A stretch of DNA of 63,516 bases, the filler included, from Dugesia japonica (lineage: Eukaryota): NCBI GenBank assembly GCA_001938525.1. It is 5 parts of 5 records of this genome, joined end to end, with 100 filler letters (N's around TTAATTAATTAA, not from the genome) between each part and the next. Parts side by side here need not be neighbours in the genome. Positions count along the whole stretch, not along the records: positions 45,681 to 54,076 come from MQRL01531791.1; positions 54,177 to 63,516 come from MQRL01530966.1; 3 more parts are not named here. One strand, written 5' to 3'. Positions 50,250 to 63,516 of this stretch are shown here, piece after piece. Below the pieces are notes generated by a model, which saw only the letters and a program-made list of their open reading frames with translations, did not search any database and was not told where the DNA came from. Each line of letters opens with the position of its first letter. The stretch's first letter is position 1. Both the position numbers and the translations under genes were made by a program.

Positions 50250-52467
50250 TAAGTTGCTTTATATTCAATGAAATTGGTAAACCACTACACAAATGAGACT
50301 AAATATATTGAATTTATAGGCAATGAATGTGTTTTCGAATTTTTAAAAGAAGTGGAGAATATTACTTATAATGTAGTATGTCTTTACTATTTGGAACATG
50401 GGAATAAGAAAGTGATAGTAACTCCTGCACAAGAAATTGAATTTCTGCGACTAGCATATGTTATTTATGTATAAAATCAATAGTTCAATCAGTTTGTCAN
50501 NNNNNNNNNNNNNNNNNNNNNNNNNNNNNNNNNNNNNNNNNNNNNNNNNNNNNNNNNNNNNNNNNNNNNNNNNNNNNNNNNNNNNCATAATCTCAAAGAA
50601 TATGATCTACATCCTACTCTCAACTATAGACTCAGTAGATTTTCAAATTAGGCAATTAAATGTATACCTACAACCAAAGAGAAATTTCTCTCTCATGGTT
50701 AATCAAAAGAAATCAGCAACCATCAGATGTATTGATTATTATCAATTTATCAGCTAATGGTTAGATGTAGCTGCAAAATCAATAAAAGCAACTCCGTTAA
50801 CAACAAAGGAGTTTAATGATAGCCGGATAATAACATCAAAGAATATATTTCCATATAATTTTCCCACCAGGTTGGAAATATTAGAAGAAACAACAACCAT
50901 GCCATCGAGATGGAATGGAGTGAGTGAAGAATCATACACGAAAGCATTGGAAATGTGTGAAATTATCAGATGTAATAACTTGTTGGATTATATGAAAGTA
51001 TATTTAAAGTTGAATGTCTTTTTGTTGGCTGACTTTTTTTAACAATTTCGACAAAATTCGTTAAAAAATTATAGATTAGAACGATTGAATTTCTTTGGTA
51101 TCCCAGGGATGAGTTGGGCATCTGCCTGATGACACTTGTTGAGCCTATACAATTATTAACAGATAATGACATATTCACATTTTTTGAAGTAGGAATCAGA
51201 GGAGGAATCACTTTTGTCAATAAATATCATGTTAAATCTGATGAAAATACAGGGCTTTTGTATATTGATAAAAATAATTTGTATGGGTGGGCATTAAGTC
51301 AAAAGTTACCAAATAAAGATTTTGTGTGGATACATTCAGGGTTGAATGAAATATTAGAAGATTGTAGAAGAATGGAATGGGATTCGTTGACATATGGATA
51401 TGTATTAGAGGTGAATATATTAATTCCCAATGAGTTACATAATTAGTTGAGTGATCTATCGGTAGCAGCTGAACATCCAAACCCTCCTGATAGTAAAGGG
51501 AAGAAATTACTCTTAACAAATTACCCGAAGAAGAATTATGTAGTTTACTGGAGGCTGCTGCCGATGTACTTGTATTTAGGACATATATACAAGTCAGGCT
51601 AATATATTAATATATGTACTAATATACTAATATACTATATATTAGTCAGGCTAATATATTTAGCAAATACAGAGATATGAACACAGAGCTAAGATCACAC
51701 CGTAAAACCNAATTGGAGAAGAACTACTACAAGCTATTAAATTATAGTCTATATGAGAAAAGTGTAGAAAATTTAAAGAAAAGAATTAACCTGAGGATTT
51801 GTAATTCTGCAGAAAAGTTGATTACTTACTCTTCAAAAAAGTTTTAGAAGTACAATAAAAATGTTCAACTCAACAAAGAGGTTATATGTTTGGATCGACC
51901 CAGCTACATTGGACAAACTGTACTTGATCTGAGTAAATTAAGAATGCATCAGCTCCAATACATTGAGGGTGAAAAGTGTCGAAGAGATGAGAAATGTGTG
52001 ATAAATATAGTAGCTGGTGATACGGATAGTTTCTTTTTAGAGGTTAATGATATTAAACTGGACAAATTTTTGTAGTTGATCGTAAGAGACAGATTATTGG
52101 ACACATCGAACTATAGCAAAAGAAACCCTCTTTACAACATGGATCTGAATTTGGTAGTTGGTAAGTTTAAAGATGAAAGTAAAGGTGAAAGATATATAGA
52201 ATGGATATTCCTGAGGCCAAATTTTTATAGTCTACTCAAGGAAAATCTAGCATGAAAGATACAGACATAACACATCAGTCATATCTTGATTGCTACAATG
52301 AAAATAAGAGATTGTTAGTTAATAAATTTATAATAAGGACTAAAAATCATCAGTTTTATAGTTTCATGAGTTCAAAATTAGCTCTTACAAATAATGACGA
52401 CAAAAGAGTGTGGATATATAAGAACACAAGCAAACCATATGGACACCACACATTACACACCACATAG
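50250..52467 (+). pseudogene. Polinton/adintovirus pPolB, longest fragment (exonuclease to C-terminus), degraded
   Basis: HNLKEYDLH (Exo II), IFPYNF, GIRGGITFVN, YIDKNNLYGWALSQKLP, YYKLLNYSLY, IVAGDTDSFF, LDTSNY, GKFKDE, LTNNDDKR..KPYGH. Confidence 0.93.
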
Positions 52468-53698
52468 TACTTTGTCTCAGTGTTCCCGATCCAATCAGTC
52501 AATAAAAGTAAATTTTTTGATTATTATTCCAGTAATTTATTGTATTTATTTTATAGTATCAATGTCATCCAACCGAAATGTAATCCATTCAGATATTTTT
52601 GAATTAAATAAATTATTGTCATTTAAATCAAGTGTTTATTCTGTTATTTTGCTATTTTTATAATGTAAAGTTTTGTTTATTAAAGTTTTGTTTTATTATT
52701 ATAATATAGCATTAAAAGACAAAATCAAAAAATAATACTTGACAAATTCTATTTCTTGCTTTTAATGAAATTTTTAACTGATGTTTTTATCGTTTTGTAA
52801 TTTGTTTGTTTTTATATTTATTTTTATATATTTTCTTTGATATATAAACTTGAAATTTAGTTTTAATTTTCAAACGGGTCATTGTACTAGTTTGTAAAGG
52901 CTTTGCTCATGTATTTTTTAAATTTATTTTGTATTCTTTCTTTAGTTATAAAAACCCTTGTTTAATTTATATTAAAAATATAACGAATTCATGAAAATAT
53001 TCTCTTTTGAAAAAGGAAAACATAACCATGAGAAATTGGCATAGAACAACTTTTCAAACATTGATAAAATTAGAGCATTTAAAAAGAATAAAAGACTGTT
53101 GGGTACATTTTAATTAACATTTATTTTTCTATCATTACAAAAACGAACTCTGTTTCTATCAAATTCATAATTAACATTGATATTGGATTAACTTTCTAAT
53201 AAATCTATTATTTAAATTCTTTTAATTGACATAAAGACAGATTATAAATAAATCTGAGTAAAGTGTAATATAAAATCTGTCTTTATGCCAAAGTTTGTAA
53301 TAAGAATTTACTGAACACCAATAAGACTCTCGCGAAATATTGAAAACAAAAGATAATCAACTTTGATCTTTGTTAAATAGTTTTTTGAAATACAAAATTA
53401 TTTGTTGTTAAAAAAAATTATTTAACTGTGTAATAACTAATTAAAAAATTTCATTGTAATTTAGATTATTATATTTTAATTTAAAATTATTATTGAAATA
53501 TCGATTTATAGATTAATTATGATCTACCAATTTTACTGAATATCTGAATAATAATTAACGAAATATTGAAATTTAATTAGCGAATAATAAAAGCCCTAAC
53601 AATAAAATTAAACCAATCAAATTACAGATATAATTAACTAATTAAAATATTTATTGTTATACTTATTACAGAATCAACAAATATTTCATTTCTATTAA

Positions 53699-53971
53699 AT
53701 GATTACTATATTATTTTTTGTTTTAATTCCTAATAGTTATAGTTCTGTTCTTTTTACAATTTCTAATGGGTGCATTTTCAATTCATCGCAAGTGATGTCT
53801 GAAAATTCGCAACTTATATGTGCAATTAAGTGCAGTCTAGAAAATTGCAAAGCTTTTACATTTAATTCAAATTCATTATTGTGCCATTTGTACGCATATG
53901 ATGAGATTTGTCAATCAAATACGATGTGCACCAATGTATCTATGCATATCAATAATAAATATAATAATATG
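53699..53971 (+). CDS. First exon of a secreted PAN/apple-domain protein
   Basis: Hydrophobic N-terminus MITILFFVLIPNSYS; CAIKCSLENCKAFTFNSNSLLCHLY fits the PAN C-x3-C-x4-C..F.F..C.L pattern; donor GTATGT at 53972. Confidence 0.7.
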
Positions 53972-54006
53972 GTATGTTTATGATGTTGATAAAAATAATA
54001 ACAATA

Positions 54007-54076
<70 letters not shown>

Positions 54077-54308
54077 NNNNNNNNNNNNNNNNNNNNNNNN
54101 NNNNNNNNNNNNNNNNNNNNTTAATTAATTAANNNNNNNNNNNNNNNNNNNNNNNNNNNNNNNNNNNNNNNNNNNNCTTTGTAAGAATTACACTTTTTTT
54201 TAGTAATTATCATTCCTTCTTTATTATATAAGCATACTTTTTCAATTATCGTCATAACACGCAAGAAAAAACGATTAAAGATTTCTAATAAAATTAAAAC
54301 TGAATATG

Positions 54309-54374
<66 letters not shown>

Positions 54375-57300
54375 NNNNNNNNNNNNNNNNNNNNNNNNNN
54401 NNNNNNNNNNNNNNNNNNNNNNNNNNNNNNNNNNNNNNNNNNNNNNNNNNNNNNNNNNNNNNNNNNNNNNNNNNNNNNNNNNNNNNNNNNNNNNNNNNNN
54501 NNNNNNNNNNNNNNNNNNNNNNNNNNNNNNNNNNNNNNNNNNNNNNNNNNNNNNNNNNNNNATGCTTATATGAATGACCATTTTTATAATCTTTACAAAC
54601 ATTTTCCGGCAAACATTAAAAACCAGTTAGCAATAAACATGCGTTCTTTACTATTATATTGAAATAATACAAATTTTGATAATTTTGGAAATTGTTAAAA
54701 AAAATGGTTAATATAGAAAATTTATTATTTGGTTTTTAACAATGAAAAGTTTCGCTACGATGCTTGTTTTAACAGTATTGCAAGTCATGTAAATATGTCA
54801 TTTCATTGTTAAACCATTAGAATTAAGAAATATTAACCTACTTAAACTTTCTTTTTTGTAATGTAAATCAGGAAAATTTTTTATTGAAATTTTTTGAAAA
54901 TATGTTGTTTCATATATTTTATTTTAACATAGAAGATTTTTTTAAATTTCATTTTATTTCATTCAACTCTTCAGAATTTTCTTTTAGTTTAATAATAAAA
55001 CAGAATTTGTTTGTTATTTCGATGAATAAAATGAACAAATTTTTTAGTAAATAAAAATCATCAAATAGGGTCTTAGTTTTATATAATACGATATGCTTTG
55101 TTTTTATTTCCTTAAAGAAGATAATTTACAAATAGATTACGAGCCACATAAAAAAGAAACAAATCTTAATATACTTATTTTCAATAATTTTATTGAGTTT
55201 ATTATATGGAAATAAATTCCTCAAACTTAATTGACCAGTAAAGTTGAAATAAGCACGAATATAGACATAATAATTTCTGGTTTGATGTTTTTTAAGTAGA
55301 TGATAAATCAAATAAATTTCATAGCAAATAAAATGAAATTAGTGTAATAATTATACAATATTTCGATAAATAATAAAACCGAAAATACGCATTTTTAAAA
55401 AACAAACTGTTTTTAATCTCTAAAACCATTACAAAGCGGCTCTTTTTAATAAGTCATCAATTACTGTTGGTTAGAAAATTTTTTTGATCTAACTAGCGTA
55501 TGTGTGTGTCATTTAACACAGGAATAGATTTTNATTTGTGTGTGCGTAATTAATTAGCACTTAAATTACTGGAATTTAATTGGCTGATTAAATGGAATTT
55601 TGGTTGTGAAAACCTTAAACAATTTTCTAAATATTATTTAAGCAAAAACTTAAAATTACAATAAAAATGTTGAAATTAAAATTTTTCCAAGACTTTAAAA
55701 TTATTTTTCTCATGTGTATCCAATCTCGATAAGATCTTACAAATATTTGAATTATTTTTATCCACTAGAAATGGAATTAATTTCTTCTCGACGAACTCTG
55801 CATTTTTTAAAAATTAAATTTGATTTAACCGGTTTTTTAAGAGTAAGTGATATTACGTCACAGTGAATTACTTTCTTACCTCTTCTATTCAATAAGTGAT
55901 TTAAACTGTATTTTTAGTATCTTTTTTCTATATGAATTGCTTCTAATTATTTTCTTTTATTTCAAAAAGAAATATTTTCAATTATTTTTAGAAAATGAGA
56001 TTATTTCTAGAACAGGAGAATATAGTGTTCTCTTGCATGTATTTATTTCATCATTAATTTCTCCTGATTTCTGAAATAATATTTCAAATCGATTATAAGG
56101 AAATAAAATGTGGTTTCTTGCTGATTTATATGTAAAATCGATTGATAAAGACGTTTCAAAGTATATTCTTAAATAAGATTTTTCAATTTTTGTCATTTTT
56201 CATTTATGGCTTTAATCTATTTCGAAATTTATAAAATGACAACTAAATAATGTTTGATAATCGTTTACCATTTGGAATAATTCATAAATATTATTTTACA
56301 AGGTAGTATATACAGTTTCTTGTAATTGTTTTCTAATGATTAATTAGAAAAGCACGGTATTTCTTTTTTTTTTAATATATATTATTGCAATTTTTTACAT
56401 ATTCATTGAAAGTAAGAAGACCTGTTGGGATTTTAATTTATAACAGATTCACAGGTGCATTGTAAATGATCCCCTCTCACCTTAGCAGGAATTTCCAATT
56501 CTTACATTTCCGATTATATTAGTCTCTTGCACCAAAAGATTTACACAATGTGAATATAAGTTATCAGCTAAATAGTGAAATTTTATTATTAAAACAAGCG
56601 ATTCCGTCTGAAACTTCTCAACTACCCTCAACTTAAGAAGAAACACTTATTTATTTTGACGAGGATTTTGCATTACCTGTTAGTGTGGCTTTAGTGGAAA
56701 AAAGTTTTCATGCTTGAAAAGATTTAAAACCTCCTTAAGAAATAAAATAAACTAAGATAGATTGTTAGATTTAGCATTATCAAATCTTCATAGGAGTATA
56801 GATATTAAAAATAAATTTATTTGCCAATATTAGAAGTAGTAGGCTCGATTTCGTAATAAAATAAGAATTAATTTTAACGATGTACTTTTATGTTTAGTTC
56901 TGATTACAACAGTATGTAATTCAATTTATTATTATATGTTATAGGTGTAATATTTTTGTTGAATGTTATATGGTAATGGTTAGATGTATGTAACTCAAGG
57001 GTGCNNNNNNNNNNNNNNNNNNNNNNNNNNNNNNNNNNNNNNNNNNNNNNNNNNNNNNNNNNNNNNNNNNNNNNNNNNNNNNNNNNNNNNNNNNNNNNNN
57101 NNNNNNNNNNNNNNNNNNNNNNNNNNNNNNNNNNNNNNNNNNNNNNNNNNNNNNNAATTTCATAAAAATACTGAAATCTATCTTTTTCTAAAGATTATCC
57201 TTTAAAATCAAATTATATTTTATAAGCAATAAACAGAACTAAAAAGCCAAAGAAATTCTACAATCATGAATTCAAGTAGAATCAACAAATTTTCCCATGA

Positions 57301-59606
57301 CCAGGGCGGTAGGTTGCGCGCCCATAATATAACTGCTATATTTATTTATTTTGTTAAAATTTAATTAATATTTAATATTAATATTTATTTAGAATGCAAG
57401 TGTGTTTCTTGTGAACAAAAATTTAGGATTTATTCATTAAATTTAAAATAAAAATATAATTATTAATTACACTATTGCACTGTTATTAATATCGCCATTT
57501 TAGAAAAAATACTGGAATTGTCGCAGAGTATAGTTTTTATTTTTCGAAATATTTTATATTAACTTTTACTTTTGGTGTTATTTCAATTACATTTCTAACT
57601 TTCTTTTGAAAGACTTCACTTGCTTAAAATTATTTTGATATTGCCTTTTATATGTAAATTTGAAGAAATGATTTGTTTTTAATTTTTTTAGTATCAATGA
57701 TAAATTTATCTCTTTTTTGAAAATTAAAAGAATTTAATATGTTAATTAATTATTATCGATTATCTAGTTTCATAAATTTTAATTCATAAATTAAAATATT
57801 TATCAATCATATAAATTAATAGTAATGGATTAATTAATTTTCCGAAATTTAATTTAATGAAATTTATTAGTTTTTCAAAAATTAAACTCGAAAATTTCAA
57901 GATTAAAGAGAAATATCGTTAAAAATCAATTACAGATTTTACAAAATTTATTAGTAATATAAAATAAATATTTTTAATAAATTTTTTTTTTAATTATAAA
58001 ATACTTTCGATGATTATCGATCAATGAAAAATTTATTTTAAATTTTTTTTTCTCAATTAGTTTATCAACAAGTTACAAAATGGGAAAATTAAAATAATCT
58101 ATAGAAAACATACGAAATAAATATATCAGATCATAATTTAATAAAGACAAAATATATTTATTAAATTACATTGAAGAAAAACCTGAAGAGAACTATGCAA
58201 ATGAATGAATGATGGAAAATTTGTTGAAAAATAGATCAAAGATTGAAGTTTAATTAAGTATTTGATGGTAAATGTCAAATTTCTACAGAACGTAGTCATC
58301 ATATTAAATTAGAGTAACGAATTTAAATGTTCTCATTAGGCTGCAGAGAAATAAACAAAACATGCAGAAATGCACTGCATTGAACCTGTATTAATTTTGC
58401 CTACTTGTAGTGCGCGTTTAATCATCTAGAAAAGAAAAACAGTGAGTAAAAAACAAAGTTTCTATATATTCTGAAAAACTCAACATTATCAACAACTTCT
58501 CCACCACAATTTTGATATATTTCTTTAATGACTCAATACTTTGAATTAATAACTTCTGTTTTCTAATTATTGTAAAACTACAAAGCTTCTTTATATGTTT
58601 TTTTTTTACAACAATGATATATTGTATTAATGCTCTTATGACTCGATACTTTTTGATGGGATTGATTTTCACAGACAAAACCATTTTTCTTCTAGTGGCA
58701 GAAGTGTAGGATTTTGTTAATTTTCGGTGAGGAATTAAATATATGCTTCAAGTGTTTTTTTTACGGATTAGTATTCCGATTTAGATTTTGCAAAGAACTG
58801 ATTTGTAATTTCAGTTGTTATAATTGATTAATCAAAATATTTCTTGATTTATTTTTGTAACTAATTACAAATTTTCCATTATGAATTAACATCCAAAAAT
58901 GATTTTTTTTAAATTAATTTTATTATTATTTTATCTTTGATATTTTTTTTTCAATTAAATTATTAATCGCNNNNNNNNNNNNNNNNNNNNNNNNNNNNNN
59001 NNNNNNNNNNNNNNNNNNNNNNNNNNNNNNNNNNNNNNNNNNNNNNNNNNNNNNNNNNNNNNNNNNNNNNNNNNNNNNNNNNNNNNNNNNTTGGTCATAT
59101 AAATTTTAAAGAGTTGAAAAGAAATGAGATATAAAATTTTTGATGTTTCTGACATTTTGAACTTTCACCTAGTTAGTGTGAAAAATAAATGAAATACTAC
59201 TTACAATTGTAACTACACCTGTGAGTCTTTTTGATTATACATTAAATGTTCAGGAATAATAAATCCCCTACAGCTTAGCATTTGCAGTTTTACATGTTGG
59301 TCACTTTATTCAGTTTCCTATGTTTCATCAGTTGTGTCCATGTTTTTTTCATATCAACTAGTTGTATCTACTTGTTTTGGCTTATTTCAGGAAAGCACGG
59401 ATTTCATTTGATTTCCCTTATATTTTAAATTAAATTAAAATTTGATGTTTTTCGTTTGATTATTTCCAAATAGTATTATTCTAATAGTTATATTAATAAT
59501 ATTTAAATTATATATTAATTTATTTATTATTCGATATGATATTATGATTATAGTATTATTTGTGTTTTTATATTGCTATATTATTTAAGCAATATTATTA
59601 TTATTA

Positions 59607-59663
<57 letters not shown>

Positions 59664-59783
59664 NNNNNNNNNNNNNNNNNNNNNNNNNNNNNNNNNNNNN
59701 NNNNNNNNNNNNNNNNNNNNNNNNNNNNNNNNNNNNNNNNNNNNNNNNNNNNNNNNNNNNNNNNNNNNNNNNNNNNNNNNNNN

Positions 59784-59817
<34 letters not shown>

Positions 59818-60837
59818 GTTATTAATATTAATTTAATTTAAGCACTTATTAATTATTGATTTTAAAACTAATTTGAATTTTTGCTAATTGACGGTAGTTA
59901 TATTTTATTGTTTTCTGTAAATTCCTCAATTAAACATTACTATAAAATGATAACAAAATTGATAAATTAAAAAATATTTGTTCTAGTACTCGAAAATGCC
60001 TTTTATTTTTTTTTATAATAAATGGTATTTTACTGTAATCTGGTATTACTTATAACAAGAGTGATTAATCCTTTAAGAAAATCGTACAAAAAATTGAGAA
60101 ACGATATTTAAGTGTGCGACATTATATATTTATTAGAATACAAATGAAAGAAAACCATTTTGAAAATTTTAAATAAAATTTCTATTATTTCTAATTTGAA
60201 AACTTTGGTGTTTTACTCAAATTATCCTTTTTTTCAAAATTCGAAATCTTGGAACAAGAAAAAAATAAACGGCACATATAAATTTCTATTAATTGGTTTT
60301 ATAATTTTTTATTTGAGAAGTTTCATTATTGTAATATTTAATTTCGAAAATGAACACTTATAAATTGAATTAAAACCATAGTTAGTTTTCATTGTGGAGA
60401 ACAATTTAAAGACTAATATTAATTTTTTGGAAAAGGAAGATAGAAATGACTTGGTATGTTTAAATACTACATTTATATACAATTGCTATCGAAATCAGTT
60501 CTGAATTATTACTTTACAATAATGATGTTAGATTATCTAATTTCAAAAAATTATATTTGTGGGAAAGATTCATTTCATTGTATCCAATGTATAATAGTTT
60601 AAAAAGAAAGGATATTGCTTAAGCATAAAATTATGAATATCCAAATCTTATAATTAAATAGTAATAAGAGGGAAGGCAAGAAGATCCATGAGTAGATTTA
60701 TCATTTATTGCTGAAAATGCTTGAATTTAGAACTAAAATATTTTATTTTTGTCTTCAATAGATACTGTTGATTTTGTAATTTTACTCTTTTATTACAATA
60801 CTGAATTTCCAATGACTCATTTCTAAATGGCTACAGT

Positions 60838-61086
60838 CAGCCTCTGATTTACAAAGAAGCTTAGACCCCCACTTGATTAAATGTAGTTAAGCAATTTAGA
60901 CATTTTATAAAAAGAACAAAAAACATTGATCGGTGATTAAATATAATAGGTTAATATTTATGTCTTTTTAAATATGCTTTTTCTGATTTCTCCGTTCATC
61001 AACGTTTTGCACTCACATACAAAATCGTACAAATGTGACTCCATAACTATTTTCTTAGGGCTTCACTGATCTTAAATCCGGGTCTG
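60838..61086. mobile_element. hAT MITE, 249 bp
   Basis: Perfect 8-bp TSD GCTACAGT (60830-37, 61087-94); imperfect TIRs CAGCCTCTGATTTA / TAAATCCGGGTCTG. Confidence 0.85.
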
Positions 61087-61212
61087 GCTACAGTATTTAT
61101 GAACACATTTCTGTTGGATTTATTTTCATATTTTCAGTGTCCATTTTTGCAACAAACTTTAATATATTTTTCATGGATTGTTGCATTGTTAAAAGTTTAA
61201 GTCAAATTCCTG

Positions 61213-61305
61213 AAGTCAATTCCTGACGAAGACAAATTAGAAAATTAGAATTATTATCGAAAACAAACAAAACAAATTTTGATCGAAGCTTTTATTTTAA
61301 TGAAC
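61213..61305 (+). repeat. Hammerhead-bearing ~90-bp repeat copy (stem II disrupted)
   Basis: AAGTCAATTCCTGACGAAGACAAATTAGAAAATTAGAATTATTATCG...TTGATCGAAGCTTTTATTT. Confidence 0.75.
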
Positions 61306-61599
61306 ATTATATTTATTTTGTCAAGTAACTCATCACTAGGCATCTTTAAGGGTTAATTCTTTGTATTTTTTATTTTATTTAAATTCAGATATATTAAGCA
61401 TTTTCTGAAGCGTAAACAGATGATTGGCACATGAAATATTAATTTTTAAATTCAATCTATATTGATACTACTAAGATAATTTTCTAAACTAAATTGTTGG
61501 AAGTTTTAAGTGAATAAATTTATTTGTGTTCGTTTTACGTATTTGTTTTACATTTTATTTAGAAACGCTGCGATTAATATTAATTTTAACATTTTAATT

Positions 61600-62100
61600 C
61601 CGAAATTTCATAAATATCATACTTCGTTCAATGCAATAAAACTGAAATTACTCGTAATAAAAGTATATACGGCGAGATTTCTGTAAGTACTCAAACAGTG
61701 CAGCATAGGTTTAAGGAATTTTGTGTAAAATCACTGAAAAATAAAACTCATGAAAATCCTCAAACCAAAATTGATAATGAAATTTTGAAGACCTTGATAA
61801 AAATAGTGTTGTGTTTCATGAAGCCAAATTTGATTGAATTAATATAAATTTATTGGATTTCATAAGAAATCACCGTAAATAATTTCTGGGGTAAATAGGA
61901 ACGCGCAATAAAAGAATATTGTACGTATAATCATAAGAAATCAGCTAAATGACTAAATAAGAATAACATGCAACAAAACCTTTTAAACATACACAAAAGT
62001 TACTGTGTACAATTTGGTGGAATAAAAAAAGTGTAGTTGATTATTTCGTCCTACCTCGTGGCGAAAGAATAATTACAGAAAATCAAATATATTAGAAATT
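61600..62100 (+). mobile_element. Highly degraded mariner transposase remnant
   Basis: TEITRNKSIYGEISVSTQTVQHRFKEF..PQTKIDNEILK; YNHKKSAK*LNK; QKLLCTIWWNKKSVVDYFVLPRGERII. Confidence 0.72.
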
Positions 62101-62754
62101 CGTGAAAAATTAAAAAAAAGTTGATAAATATTTTATAATATACTTATATATAAAAAATTTATTTTTAAATATTACAATTAGTATCGGTGGTACCAGTAAA
62201 GAGCCTCCAATCTTAGAAAAACATTTTTTACTATTTATGAAACGAGAGAATTGTAAAACTTAATTGAGTAAAACTTATACTATATTTATAAATATTATTC
62301 GGTTTTATTGTGGTTTTTCTTTAGCAAAAATCGAGGCAATATAAAATAAACTGTGAATTTGTATTATATTAGTGCTTAAGTTCTTTCGAAAATATTTACC
62401 ATGAATATTAATTTAATTTAATATCAATTTTTCACAATTAATTAACAGATTTTTTTATTGTCTTTTGTTTATATTTTCTTTTACCATGTATTGCTGAAAT
62501 TGAAAATGTTAATATGTGTAAATTTTTCTGGCTTAATAAATAAATTGGTTGTAATTAATTTTCCATTTATTCTATAAAAACATTCAATATTTGGAAGTTA
62601 ATCTTCGTTTAAATTTGAAATCAAGAATAATTTATTTAGATTAAAATATTTTTTTCTATTTTTATTTGGGAAAATGTGAATATAAAGGTTTATTTTATAA
62701 GTAGTTTTATTGATATAAATATATATATAAACTATATGTATATATACAAAAAGT

Positions 62755-62791
62755 CAATTCCTGACGAAGACAAAGTCGAAATATAGAATTG
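62755..62791 (+). ncRNA. Minimal type I hammerhead ribozyme (within repeat 62751-62845)
   Basis: Stem I CAATTC/GAATTG; CTGACGA(A); stem II GAC-AAA-GTC; GAAA; palindromic ATAT in place of stem III; UH site, predicted cleavage after 62785. Confidence 0.7.
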
Positions 62792-63516
62792 TTATCAAAA
62801 ACCAAAAAAACTAATTTTGATCGAAGCCTTTATTTCAAATGAATATACATATATATTAAAATAATGTTTTATCAGTAGACAATAAAATCGACTCGGTTAT
62901 TGTCCCACATTTGTAACGTTTGATAAAAATGTCTTTACAATAGCCAAAAGTGCGCATCCGTTATGCAGGACATCTAGTTTTATGACATACAACCAGGTAA
63001 ATAAATATGGCTCACATAAGTGGAATCCACTGTACCTGAATGAATGATATTTTAGAAATTAAAGTGCGTAATTTATATTTTCGATTGTGCTTCTAATATT
63101 TTCAGACAAATTAAAGCGAAAGAAATATGGCTTAATTAACTGATCAACTGTCAAAAACTTATGAATAAAATTTAATTCTTTTCTAAAGTCATTTGAGCAA
63201 CATTTCTAGTGATTACTTTTAGTATTTTCTATTTCATAATGACGTAGCACGGAAAAATATGACCAGCGTACAGAAAAATCTGTGCATCTTTGAATTAAAG
63301 GAACAATATTGTCATTATTTCTATTGAAAATGTAAATAAAAATGCAATAAAATTGATAAATATGAATGAATATTAATAAATATCAAATAAATAAAATTTA
63401 TCACAGTATTATTTTAAATTTACCACTATTCGAAGGTATCATCAAGATTTAGTATTTGATTCGAATTATCCATACAATTATTATAAAATGTGAAAAATTT
63501 GTGATTTTTAATAAAA

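Noticed and set aside
55700-57330. Possible hAT (Tip100-like) transposase remnant
   Set aside because: Only faint cues (LYSHCVNLL, a CAGGGCGG start); too degraded to support.
58070-58740. ORF 58418-58684 and neighbouring coding-like sequence
   Set aside because: No recognisable motif; compatible with chance ORFs or unclassifiable TE debris.
49121-59841. Poly-N/I/Y/L ORFs at 49121, 49206, 54121-54662 and 59560-59841
   Set aside because: Translations of (AAT)n microsatellites and N gaps.

Overview
AT-rich animal (metazoan) genomic DNA from a gappy draft assembly. It has many N runs, and four identical 100-bp spacers (44 N + TTAATTAATTAA + 44 N) make adjacency across them uncertain. The composition, (AAT)n microsatellites and very short introns would fit a free-living flatworm, but that is inference only. 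One clear host gene is present: RNA polymerase II largest subunit RPB1 (minus strand, 2 exons, one 47-nt intron), notably divergent, with a CTD of YSPTSPG and YSPSSPN heptads. A probable first exon of a secreted PAN/apple-domain protein is also present. The rest is nested, decayed mobile DNA: several Gypsy/Ty3 gag-pol fragments, two mariner transposases, a Buster/Charlie-type hAT element, three hAT MITEs with 8-bp TSDs, and Polinton/Maverick (adintovirus-like) pieces (three pPolB fragments, a major-capsid-like ORF behind two intact orphan ORFs, and candidate termini). Most interesting: (i) a ~90-bp dispersed repeat carrying a minimal type I hammerhead ribozyme of the Penelope-like kind, one copy apparently intact; (ii) the capsid gene cluster; (iii) an RPS2 fragment sandwiched between ~175-bp direct repeats; (iv) an unidentified ~2-kb decayed Cys-rich/transmembrane reading frame; (v) the non-canonical RPB1.
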